Positions 1-7,379 of a DNA stretch of 62,120 nucleotides are shown piece after piece. Position 1 is the first letter of the stretch, and every line of letters begins with the position of its first letter. Source of the stretch: a virus. The translations under genes were made by a program, and so were the position numbers. The stretch lies in the IMG/VR virus record IMGVR_UViG_3300021387_000156, positions 1 through 62,120 of that record; one strand, 5' to 3'. Under the pieces are notes generated by a model. The model was not told the DNA's origin. It made no database searches and was given only the letters and a program-made list of their open reading frames with translations.

Positions 1-97
1 CCGAAGATGCTTTCTCCCTCGTCGTTGAGGTCGAGGACTTCGCGCACAGGCTTCCATGGCTTAACCTCATCATCTTGGAAAAGACCGCCATTGTTAG
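1..97. repeat. Terminal overlap copy 1, identical to 62024-62120; circular or terminally redundant unit of 62,023 bp
   Basis: Direct comparison: the first 97 nt (ccgaagatgctttctccc...gccattgttag) recur exactly as the last 97 nt. Confidence 0.95.
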
Positions 98-728
98 TCG
101 TACACTTGGCATGAGTCTGCTCGGGGAACACAATTGGCAACCCTTTTTTGGCGAATTGTCCGAAGTATCGGCGACGTGAGGTGTAGGCTCCATAGTCGGC
201 CGCATTGAGTATGCGCCAGTCGAAGTCATAGCCATACTTGCAGACAGTGTTCACCCATCGCAGATAGCATCTTCCTTTGTCACGACTGACAGGGTGGCCA
301 TCCTCATCAAGATCGCCCCAGCACATGAACTCCTCTACATTCTCAATCTGAATGTAGTCAGGCTTGATTGCCTCGATGTATCTGAACAGATGTTCTGCCA
401 ATGTGCGGCTGTCTGCGTCCCGAGGTTGACCGCCTTTTGCTTTGCTGAAATTTGTACATTCCAGCGAAGCCCAAAGCACAACGCGTGTGCCTGGTCGTCG
501 CATCGCATTCACATGGCGGACCAGCGGAGTCAGCTCCAATGTGCGGATGTCCTCGGTGAAGTGGAGTGCGTCGGGGTGATTGGCAGCGTGTGAAGCAATG
601 GCATTTGCATCGTGATTTACGCAGGCTATAACTTTTGCACATTGCTCGCCATTGACACGTGCACTCTCCACGCCTGTAGAGGTGCCTCCAGCTCCACAAA
701 AGAGATCGATGTAGAGTAACTTTATCAT
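1..728 (-). CDS. DNA (cytosine-5)-methyltransferase, N-terminal part; the gene wraps the window junction and continues at 62023->61162
   Basis: Minus-strand translation from ATG at 728 gives MIKLLYIDLFCGAGGTSTGV (motif I), WASLECTNFSKAKGG and QIENVEE (ENV motif). The frame is continuous through the 97-nt overlap into ORF 61162..62070 (728+862 nt = 530 codons). GGAGG lies upstream. Confidence 0.85.
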   Translation of the reverse strand, partial: MIKLLYIDLFCGAGGTSTGVESARVNGEQCAKVIACVNHDANAIASHAANHPDALHFTEDIRTLELTPLVRHVNAMRRPGTRVVLWASLECTNFSKAKGGQPRDADSRTLAEHLFRYIEAIKPDYIQIENVEEFMCWGDLDEDGHPVSRDKGRCYLRWVNTVCKYGYDFDWRILNAADYGAYTSRRRYFGQFAKKGLPIVFPEQTHAKCTTNNGGLFQDDEVKPWKPVREVLDLNDEGESIF

Positions 729-922
729 CCCTCACCTCCTCTCTTCTGGTAGCTCTTATATGGATACCTGGCCACCTTCGGATATTTGTTCTCACGACGG
801 TATGCAGGAATTTTGTTCTCTATCATGCACCACTCTTCTGCACATTCTTTAGTCATGGGGCCTGATATGGCTTTCCTCACTCCGTTAACAGTGGCGACCA
901 CACAATACATTTGTTCACTCAT
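725..922 (-). CDS. hypothetical protein (65 aa)
   Basis: Track ORF; ATGA stop/start overlap with the methyltransferase start; AAAGGAGG 7 nt upstream of ATG. Confidence 0.6.
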   Translation of the reverse strand: MSEQMYCVVATVNGVRKAISGPMTKECAEEWCMIENKIPAYRRENKYPKVARYPYKSYQKRGGEG

Positions 923-1155
923 TGTTTGCCTCCTTTCTTCGGCACGATTTCGCCATTAACTATCTTTTCTACAATGTCAGACGGAATATCCTGCTCTGTT
1001 TTGCAATTATGCTCTATGGCATATTCCAATGCTGCCAGCACTTGATTGTGCGTCAATGACTTTCCATCAACGGTGAAGTAACCGTCAAGGCGTTTTCTTG
1101 GGTTGTTCCGATGCCAGCGCATAAGACCAGCCATGTTTGTTTTCATTGATGCCAT
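919..1155 (-). CDS. hypothetical protein (78 aa)
   Basis: Track ORF; overlapping stop/start with neighbours; GAAGGAGG upstream. Confidence 0.6.
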   Translation of the reverse strand: MASMKTNMAGLMRWHRNNPRKRLDGYFTVDGKSLTHNQVLAALEYAIEHNCKTEQDIPSDIVEKIVNGEIVPKKGGKQ

Positions 1156-1484
1156 TATAAACCTCCTTCCTGTTTGTGTGGATGTTTTCTCTTGTAGTTT
1201 GGGTTTATCTCTCGTCCTTTGATTTTGTCAACAGCCATCGCAAGAAGTTCATCTTGAGAGAGTCCGAGAATGCCTGCCATGTGGAATATGATCACATTGA
1301 CATCGGACAATTCGTCAACAAAGTCTCTGATGAAACTCACGCAATGTTCTAATGTCAACGTGCCTGGCACTTCTTCGACGGTCTCAAAAAGTTCATTGTG
1401 TTCTTCGGAGAGTTTTTCAAGACGCAAGTTGAGATTTGTGCCGTACTTCTCGTTGAGCATTTCCAGTATTTTCTGCTTATCCAT
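1155..1484 (-). CDS. MazG-like nucleotide pyrophosphohydrolase (small all-alpha NTP-PPase)
   Basis: LEKLSEEHNELFETVEE ... FVDELSDVNVIIFHMAGILGL matches the EExxE / ExxD acidic-helix pattern of MazG-type domains. Confidence 0.5.
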   Translation of the reverse strand: MDKQKILEMLNEKYGTNLNLRLEKLSEEHNELFETVEEVPGTLTLEHCVSFIRDFVDELSDVNVIIFHMAGILGLSQDELLAMAVDKIKGREINPNYKRKHPHKQEGGL

Positions 1485-1508
1485 GTTGTTCTCCTTTCTT
1501 GTGTTATA

Positions 1509-1769
1509 TCAAATCTCTTCAAGATTAAACAATTCGGCTTGGGTGTAACCCTCATGCCACTCACCAACAGTGCGCCAATTCTTCATGCGGTCATACTTTT
1601 CTTTGCTGACCTGCCATTGCTCCTCGGTGTACTGGAAAGCCCAATCTTGGCCGAAAGTCTCAAACATCTGGTCACGTGCGCTCTCTGCATCTTCGGCCTC
1701 GATGACGTGGTAGCAGTTGCGGTGCGGCTTGTCTAAGCCGACACCGAAAGTGAAATAGTAGCGTTCCAT
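1509..1769 (-). CDS. hypothetical protein (86 aa)
   Basis: Track ORF; start overlaps the upstream stop (TGATG). Confidence 0.6.
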   Translation of the reverse strand: MERYYFTFGVGLDKPHRNCYHVIEAEDAESARDQMFETFGQDWAFQYTEEQWQVSKEKYDRMKNWRTVGEWHEGYTQAELFNLEEI

Positions 1770-2041
1770 CAGTCCTGAAACCCTCCTTTCGGTTTTAGTT
1801 GATTGATTAACTCATCCGCATACAGAATGGCGGCCTTGCAGATGCTTTTCGGAACGATGAACCCACGACCATTCATCTCCTTTTTCTCATTCATTGCCAA
1901 TTCGAACATAGTAGGCAACATGGTTCTCGCAACCTCGTAGCGACGTTGCTCCCAGTTGATGCGGTCGCTGGTCAAATGGTCGGATATTTCGTTACAAGCA
2001 CGTTGAACTGCATAGGCAATGTCTTGCTCAAAAGGGTTCAT
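1769..2041 (-). CDS. hypothetical protein (90 aa)
   Basis: Track ORF; AAAGGAGGTGAGGAATG start context. Confidence 0.6.
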   Translation of the reverse strand: MNPFEQDIAYAVQRACNEISDHLTSDRINWEQRRYEVARTMLPTMFELAMNEKKEMNGRGFIVPKSICKAAILYADELINQLKPKGGFQD

Positions 2042-2406
2042 TCCTCACCTCCTTTCAGTTCTTCTTCAAACACAAGCCCTCCATTGATGACGTGGTCGAT
2101 TGTTGCAGGGGGCATCTTTAGCAACTGTTCTATTGTTGGCCTAACCCAATTCTTAACTTCCGAATAACGGTCAGGAACGCATGGGGGAGCGATGTGAGTT
2201 GTTATATTGTGCATCGCTGCACCTCCACATTTAGGGCATTTGATGATGAATGGTGTCACACCTTTGTCTTTGTAAAGTGTCACTGTGATATAACCACATT
2301 TTTCACAGGTGTAGCCGTTGTATTCACCACGTCCGTCATACATTCTTGTCTGCTCAATTTCCGACACGAGTTTGTTGTACTCGTTGATGATCTGTTTCGT
2401 TCTCAT
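2038..2406 (-). CDS. zinc-ribbon protein (122 aa)
   Basis: CEKCGY...CPKCGG paired CxxC motifs; AAAGGAGGTGAGGAATG start context identical to that of the next gene. Confidence 0.6.
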   Translation of the reverse strand: MRTKQIINEYNKLVSEIEQTRMYDGRGEYNGYTCEKCGYITVTLYKDKGVTPFIIKCPKCGGAAMHNITTHIAPPCVPDRYSEVKNWVRPTIEQLLKMPPATIDHVINGGLVFEEELKGGEE

Positions 2407-2786
2407 TCCTCACCTCCTTTCATTGCTTGTTTGAACGCTTTAAGCAAACTTTCTACTTCAACGTCACCTTGAGGGTAATCACTCTCGGGTAGAAACTTCA
2501 GTGACGCATATAGCCAGACATTTGCAGCCAACCACTCACAAGCATCATTTAAGTCTATCATTATGCGTCCATCGCATTGTGGTGTGGGATTGGGATTGTA
2601 CTCTTCCGCATCATTCACTTGTGCGGCTTTTAGCACTTTGTATGTTATCTCGTCAATCGGACGTGTTCTCGGATGACTTGATATGCCCCATGCCACAGCG
2701 CATTCAGCAATATCGTCAAAGGTGATGCCGGAGCCATGTTCGTTGGCTTCCCACAATCGCTTGAAATCTTCTTTTGTATAAACCAT
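2403..2786 (-). CDS. hypothetical protein (127 aa)
   Basis: Track ORF; preceded by a full promoter/leader cassette. Confidence 0.65.
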   Translation of the reverse strand: MVYTKEDFKRLWEANEHGSGITFDDIAECAVAWGISSHPRTRPIDEITYKVLKAAQVNDAEEYNPNPTPQCDGRIMIDLNDACEWLAANVWLYASLKFLPESDYPQGDVEVESLLKAFKQAMKGGEE

Positions 2787-2901
2787 AAATTTGAATTAAA
2801 ATGTTTGACTTATTTGCAATTTTTACACTATAAAGTTAGTCATTTTCAGCGAGATAGAGAAATTTTTGAGTCTCTATTATTTGCTTCCAACTCTATTTAA
2901 C
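2787..2901 (-). promoter_or_regulatory. Early-type promoter/leader cassette, copy a
   Basis: Minus strand reads GTTAAATAGAGTTGG (2901-2887), then TAACTTTA box (2838-2831), then AAGTCAAACATTTTAATTC (2811-2793), then ATG at 2786. Confidence 0.6.
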
Positions 2902-2912
2902 ATTTGCAGGTT

Positions 2913-3086
2913 CTACACCGGGCATGGCGGAAACCATTCAGTCAGTTCCCTTTCGTGATACCATTGCTCTCCGATTTTGTAGATGGGCAGCAAATTGATG
3001 TTTTTGCCAACCTGCGTAATCGTCACTTCCTTGTTGTTGAGGATGACTATATCGCCAACCTTGTACTTGTGGATTGTCGGTTTCAT
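2913..3086 (-). CDS. small hypothetical protein (57 aa; below the ORF-track cutoff)
   Basis: Manual translation gives MKPTIHKYKVGDIVILNNKEVTITQVGKNINLLPIYKIGEQWYHERELTEWFPPCPV; ATGA overlap with the stop of 3083..3313. Confidence 0.5.
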   Translation of the reverse strand: MKPTIHKYKVGDIVILNNKEVTITQVGKNINLLPIYKIGEQWYHERELTEWFPPCPV

Positions 3087-3313
3087 TGCTCTTTTTTGAC
3101 TAACACGACATCTCCACCTATGGCAAGCGCTTTCTCAAACATTTCCGCGCACCGCTTCGGCGGAGAGTCGTAGTAATTCTTTCGTTTGTCGAACAGGCTG
3201 CAGTAAGTCTTTCCGCCTGACTTTCTCATGTCGGAATTGATACCGCACTTGCAGGCACCGCAGTATGGTGGTGTCTCATAGAATGGGCCTTTACTATTTA
3301 TCGTCACTTTCAT
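3083..3313 (-). CDS. Cys-rich hypothetical protein (76 aa)
   Basis: Track ORF; CGACKCG...YCS cysteine cluster. Confidence 0.55.
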   Translation of the reverse strand: MKVTINSKGPFYETPPYCGACKCGINSDMRKSGGKTYCSLFDKRKNYYDSPPKRCAEMFEKALAIGGDVVLVKKEQ

Positions 3314-3495
3314 AGGTCGAATAAACTTGGCTGCAGTCGCTCCTGTTCAATTCTTTCACGCCTGGCTATCTCGGCATCAACTTTCTTCTCTGCCTCTTTG
3401 GCAAGACGCAGCTCTGTTGTGGACCTTGTGGCAAAGAACTGTGTTTGATGCTCTCTCATGTCCTTGACAAGCTGGGTAAATTCTTGCTCGTTCAT
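3310..3495 (-). CDS. hypothetical protein (61 aa)
   Basis: Internal ATG at 3495 forms an ATGA overlap with the stop of 3492..3728; the longer track start would overlap the upstream gene. Confidence 0.55.
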   Translation of the reverse strand: MNEQEFTQLVKDMREHQTQFFATRSTTELRLAKEAEKKVDAEIARRERIEQERLQPSLFDL

Positions 3496-3728
3496 GACTC
3501 GTCCTCCTCTGATTTGCGCTTGAACAAACGCTTCATGAATGAGACCAATAGATAAACAAAGGCATAGAGCCATGTGGCTAATGAAGCCAGTACAAAGAAC
3601 ATGATGACTGTCATGCGGACTTTCTCCAGTTGACGGTCTTCAACAAGATCGTCCCAAATGGACGCGGCCACGAAGGCGTTGATGAGAACGCCCACGGCAT
3701 AGATGATGAGGAATGTTGTAATGCTCAT
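3492..3728 (-). CDS. small membrane protein (2 predicted TM helices)
   Basis: Hydrophobic stretches ITTFLIIYAVGVLINAFVAA and VIMFFVLASLATWLYAFVYLLV. Confidence 0.6.
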   Translation of the reverse strand: MSITTFLIIYAVGVLINAFVAASIWDDLVEDRQLEKVRMTVIMFFVLASLATWLYAFVYLLVSFMKRLFKRKSEEDES

Positions 3729-3734
3729 ATCAGT

Positions 3735-3884
3735 TTAGTGATTATCCAGTAGATGAAATAAAATCAGTCCGGCCATGATGCCGGCGATCAGCAGCACGGC
3801 AAGGCAGCGGGCATGGGGTGCGTACTTCCCGAGGAAGTCCTGCTCTTGTGGTGTCTCGTCGTAGGTGTCAATTCGCTTTTCCAT
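3735..3884 (-). CDS. small membrane protein (49 aa)
   Basis: ATG at 3884 (the track start at 3932 is TTG); C-terminal hydrophobic helix CLAVLLIAGIMAGLILF. Confidence 0.45.
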   Translation of the reverse strand: MEKRIDTYDETPQEQDFLGKYAPHARCLAVLLIAGIMAGLILFHLLDNH

Positions 3885-4197
3885 CGCTATCGGGTTTGAC
3901 GGTTCGCAGTTCGTGAATAGTGGCGTCGGCAAGTTGACGTGCCTTGCGTGCCATCGCCGACACCGATGAGTTGAGTTTGCCGAGCACCACGCTACGGCGT
4001 TCCTGGGCGACGAGGTAGCGGGTCAACTCCCAGCGGCGTTGCTCCCACTTCTCCTCCTCGATTTCCTCTTTCGTCTTGATGGGGTAAATCTCCATGCTCG
4101 GTGAGTCAGCCACCTGCAAACTCTTCTCTCGGGCTGTCTCTTTCACACGCTCCACGGTCTCGGGACGCGGCTCGGTTTTCTTTTTCTTCAAAAACAT
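3868..4197 (-). CDS. hypothetical protein (109 aa)
   Basis: ATG at 4197, just downstream of the stop of 4208..4555; charged helical sequence. Confidence 0.5.
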   Translation of the reverse strand: MFLKKKKTEPRPETVERVKETAREKSLQVADSPSMEIYPIKTKEEIEEEKWEQRRWELTRYLVAQERRSVVLGKLNSSVSAMARKARQLADATIHELRTVKPDSDGKAN

Positions 4198-4207
4198 AGT
4201 TGTGCTG

Positions 4208-4555
4208 TTAGATGTTGTACTTGATGTATCGTTGCACCCTGAGGGCCAGTATGACTTCGTGTATGGACTCGGCCCTGCCCTCAAGGGAGTTGATTGTCTC
4301 GGTGATCTCTTCTGCGTTGGAGGCCACGAAATAGCCTTTGCTGTTCGATGCCAGGCAGGGGATGATGGCGTTGGTGCGGATGTGGTTCACGATGAGCCTG
4401 ATCTGTCGACGGTCACACACATGGCCATGCTTCCTCACCGCCGCGGCCAAAGCGTCGCTGGACACCACTCTGGTGCCAGACGACTGGAGGATACTGACAA
4501 CGAGAGGGACAAGTGTGCCCCTCTCGTAATCGTTGAGTCGCTCGCTCATGGTCAC
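4208..4555 (-). CDS. hypothetical protein (115 aa)
   Basis: Track ORF; 4-nt overlap with the stop of the upstream gene. Confidence 0.6.
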   Translation of the reverse strand: MTMSERLNDYERGTLVPLVVSILQSSGTRVVSSDALAAAVRKHGHVCDRRQIRLIVNHIRTNAIIPCLASNSKGYFVASNAEEITETINSLEGRAESIHEVILALRVQRYIKYNI

Positions 4556-6555
4556 TCTATCTTTGTGCCGTCGGTCTTGTAGCCGAGGGCGGTTAGTTGC
4601 TCCTCTATCACTGCTTGTTTCTTCGCCAGTCGGGTGGTGCAGTCAGTGACCACTTGCTCAGATGCATCGCTTGCCCATTCCTTCAGCAGCATTCGTTGAC
4701 ACTCCTGTAGGTCGGTGTTGTATTCTACACCCGGAGTCGACAACGCATCTCGCAGGAAGTCCCGGCAGATGAGGTTCACCTCATCGGTGTGCTCTCTAAC
4801 ATAGTTCAGCACTTGCGGCTCTGCGCTGTAAGTGGAGTTGATTTTTAGTTTTTGTCTTAGTCCGTATGAGCACTGGCGCAGTATCAGCGTCATCAGCACC
4901 AGGCTCTCGGTGTTCGAGAGCGTCTCTGTCGGCAACTCTGTCGGCTCCATGTCTGCAAGAACGCTACGAAGTTTGGAGGCGATGCTGCTGACGTTCTTCC
5001 GCTCGTTCTCCTTGTACTCCTTGACCAGTTGCATGGCTTTTGCCTCATCGCCGTTCTCGGCGGCGACATTCTTTTTCCACTGGTAGTAGCGGACATCTAT
5101 TTCCGTGCCTCTGTAGCTTGTGCTGATTACCAGGCAGCGGTAAACCTCGTTGGCCTCCAGCTTGGCTTTCAGTCGCTCGTCATTTTCTCGGTAAGCCGAG
5201 AACCGCTCAAAGAGGTCATCGACCTCGGCGACCCTGAACCCCATGCCGGCAACCTTGTCAAGTAACGGCTGGAAATCCTCGCACCTATCCATGTAGTAAC
5301 TGGTGCACTCTTTCAGTACGATTGTCTTTCCCGCCTCAAGGTCTTCACCCTCCTTGACGAGGACATCGGCGTTGTCGGTTATCATCTGCAAGAGCCATGA
5401 GGCACGTTTGTTGTTCCACCGCTCTCGGTTGGTGCAGGTGGCATCGTGAGGCTTCATTTCGTAGAACAGACACCCAACGTTGGCGTCGTTGAATGGACAT
5501 TTCTCGCAAGTGCTGCCGCATGAGCCGGAGAAGTCGCGCTCCCAAATGGCGTTCTCAATGCGCATGAACAGGTCATTGGTGTAATCTATGGCATCCTGCT
5601 TGGTGATTGGATCGTTCTCCTGAACAGCTGTATCCTCCATGTATTCGAAGAACTGCTGTTGCTCGTCCTCGGTGAGCTTGCAGACGTGCATCGCCGCACC
5701 GATGGACATCCACTCTTTGGTGACCCATTGCTTGAGTTCGGGCAAAAGGTTGTCGAGTTTGATGCGTTCCTGGATAAACCGCTTGGACTTGCCGAAGCGC
5801 AAGGCGATTTCCTCAATGCTCTTTCCTGTCTTGACGAGCTGTCCGAAAGCGAAAGCCTCCTCAATCGGGTCAACGTCCTTGCGCTGGAGGTTCTCGGTTA
5901 TCATCGCGTCCAGTGCTTCCTCATCAGTCATCACCCTCACGATGCAGGGGATTGTATCTTCTTCAAGCATTGATACGGCACGGTAACGGCGTTCGCCGCA
6001 TACAATCTCAAATTCACCACCCAGAGGGTTGGTATCGTCCGCTTCAATGGGACGCACGGTAATTGGTTGGAGCAAGCCTTGCTGTTTGATGTTGTTGGAA
6101 AGGTCTTGCAGGTCTCCCTCATCGATAGTTTTTCTTGGATTGAGGGGGCTGGTGTGTATTCTTACCAGCGGAATGTTCTTTACTTCCATTGTTTTTGGCG
6201 AATTAAAATGTTTGACTTGTGGTGCTGATTGTTCAACACTTGATGTTGAGGACTGGTCCTCAGTGATACCCCGCTTGACGAGTTTCTTGGTCAGCTTGGG
6301 GTCTTCCAGTTGGTCGCACATGGCGACGCGCTTGCCTGCACGGACAAGTTTCGGCAGGTAGTTGTTAAGCGAATGGTGAGGGAAACCGGCCATCTTGGTG
6401 TTTCCCTTTTTCGTGAGAGTAATGCCAAGCTCTTTGGCGACGATTTCCGCATCTTCCTCATAGGACTCATAGAAGTCACCCACTCGGAAGAGCAGAACCG
6501 TGTCGGGATGCTTGGCTTTCATCTGCTCGAACTGCTTTTTTAATTTTTGGTTCAT
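4552..6555 (-). CDS. MutS domain I (mismatch-binding) fused to a ParB/Srx-like N-terminal domain, plus a Cys-rich C-terminal region
   Basis: The N-terminus ([71 protein letters not shown]) follows E. coli MutS residues ~15-115, including GDFYE. Then ParB-type LQPITVRP...[11 protein letters not shown]...ITENLQR. ATG at 6555 follows the leader cassette. Confidence 0.7.
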   Translation of the reverse strand: MNQKLKKQFEQMKAKHPDTVLLFRVGDFYESYEEDAEIVAKELGITLTKKGNTKMAGFPHHSLNNYLPKLVRAGKRVAMCDQLEDPKLTKKLVKRGITEDQSSTSSVEQSAPQVKHFNSPKTMEVKNIPLVRIHTSPLNPRKTIDEGDLQDLSNNIKQQGLLQPITVRPIEADDTNPLGGEFEIVCGERRYRAVSMLEEDTIPCIVRVMTDEEALDAMITENLQRKDVDPIEEAFAFGQLVKTGKSIEEIALRFGKSKRFIQERIKLDNLLPELKQWVTKEWMSIGAAMHVCKLTEDEQQQFFEYMEDTAVQENDPITKQDAIDYTNDLFMRIENAIWERDFSGSCGSTCEKCPFNDANVGCLFYEMKPHDATCTNRERWNNKRASWLLQMITDNADVLVKEGEDLEAGKTIVLKECTSYYMDRCEDFQPLLDKVAGMGFRVAEVDDLFERFSAYRENDERLKAKLEANEVYRCLVISTSYRGTEIDVRYYQWKKNVAAENGDEAKAMQLVKEYKENERKNVSSIASKLRSVLADMEPTELPTETLSNTESLVLMTLILRQCSYGLRQKLKINSTYSAEPQVLNYVREHTDEVNLICRDFLRDALSTPGVEYNTDLQECQRMLLKEWASDASEQVVTDCTTRLAKKQAVIEEQLTALGYKTDGTKIE
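6200..6218 (-). promoter_or_regulatory. Leader-motif copy inside the MutS-I/ParB ORF, 10 nt upstream of in-frame ATG 6189 (MEVKNIPL..., start of the ParB domain)
   Basis: Minus strand reads AAGTCAAACATTTTAATTC then GCCAAAAACA then ATG, the same arrangement as at bona fide gene starts. Confidence 0.5.
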
Positions 6556-6669
6556 ATTCAGTGAATTAAATGTTTGACTTGTAGCGTTTTGCATTGCAAA
6601 GTTAAGCATCGTTGGGCGTTAAGCGGTTCTGATTTTCGCCGTTTTTTCGTCCGACCAACTCTATTTAAC
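6556..6669 (-). promoter_or_regulatory. Early-type promoter/leader cassette, copy c
   Basis: Minus strand reads GTTAAATAGAGTTGG (6669-6655), AAAAAACGGCGAAAATCAGAACCG, TAACTTTG -7 box (6604-6597), AAGTCAAACATTTAATTC (6580-6563), then ATG at 6555. Confidence 0.65.
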
Positions 6670-6695
6670 TTTTTGTGGCGTAAGCACTTGGCTGT

Positions 6696-7379
6696 TTAAC
6701 GTAGGCTGTCACCCTCAAACTCGATGAAGTTGAACATTTCCTTGCAGCGGTCGGCCACATAGTCGCCGTAGCGCGGTTCGATGTCTTCGAGACTCATGTT
6801 CGTGGTGATGTGGGTGACGCTCGTGCGGCGGTGGTCGTAGCGCAGTTGTAGCACGAACTGCAACACGTTCATCTTGGTGCCGTAGTTGCTGGCCGGGTTC
6901 GGTTCTCGCCCAAACTCGTCGATTACCAGGTTGACGTCGCGGTCGGTGTACTGGATCAGCGCAGGCTGCCCCTCGGCGGCATAGATGTTGGCGAGTTCGC
7001 TGGCGGTCTTCCACCACGCTTTGAGCCGGTAGTCGCCTCTCATGTGCTCGTGTCGGGCGGCAACGCTGTTCATGTACTGTCTCATGGCGAGCAATGTCAT
7101 TGACTTTCCACGCCCGAGTGGGCCATAGAGGAAGAACCCTTTATCGTAGTCCAGGCCGAGCACGTTGATGTTGTCTCGTCTCCAAATCCACGCGAAAATG
7201 GAATTGAGAACCCGTCTGTCGGCTTTGGCGATGTCGAACTTCGGCTCTACCTTTAGCAGGCACGAGCGGAAGATTTGTGACTCGATGTTGAAGTCAACCA
7301 CCGGCCTTGATGACTTTGAACCCTGTGACGGTGTTTTTGGGATTGCTCCCAGTACTTGGTTGATTGTTTGTTCGTCCAT
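6696..7379 (-). CDS. DnaC/IstB-like AAA+ ATPase (helicase loader)
   Basis: Walker A GPLGRGKS and Walker B NLVIDEFG; position after the replication initiator. Confidence 0.7.
   Translation of the reverse strand: MDEQTINQVLGAIPKTPSQGSKSSRPVVDFNIESQIFRSCLLKVEPKFDIAKADRRVLNSIFAWIWRRDNINVLGLDYDKGFFLYGPLGRGKSMTLLAMRQYMNSVAARHEHMRGDYRLKAWWKTASELANIYAAEGQPALIQYTDRDVNLVIDEFGREPNPASNYGTKMNVLQFVLQLRYDHRRTSVTHITTNMSLEDIEPRYGDYVADRCKEMFNFIEFEGDSLR

Noticed and set aside
6556-6609. Longer N-terminal extensions given by the ORF track (4552..6609, 12990..13802, 52297..53313, 31162..33324, 9917..10564)
   Set aside because: The extensions run through promoter/leader cassettes, a tRNA-like element or upstream gene ends. 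They start at TTG/GTG or have junk-like composition. Internal ATGs placed right after the leader motif, or forming ATGA/TGATG overlaps with upstream stops, are better starts.
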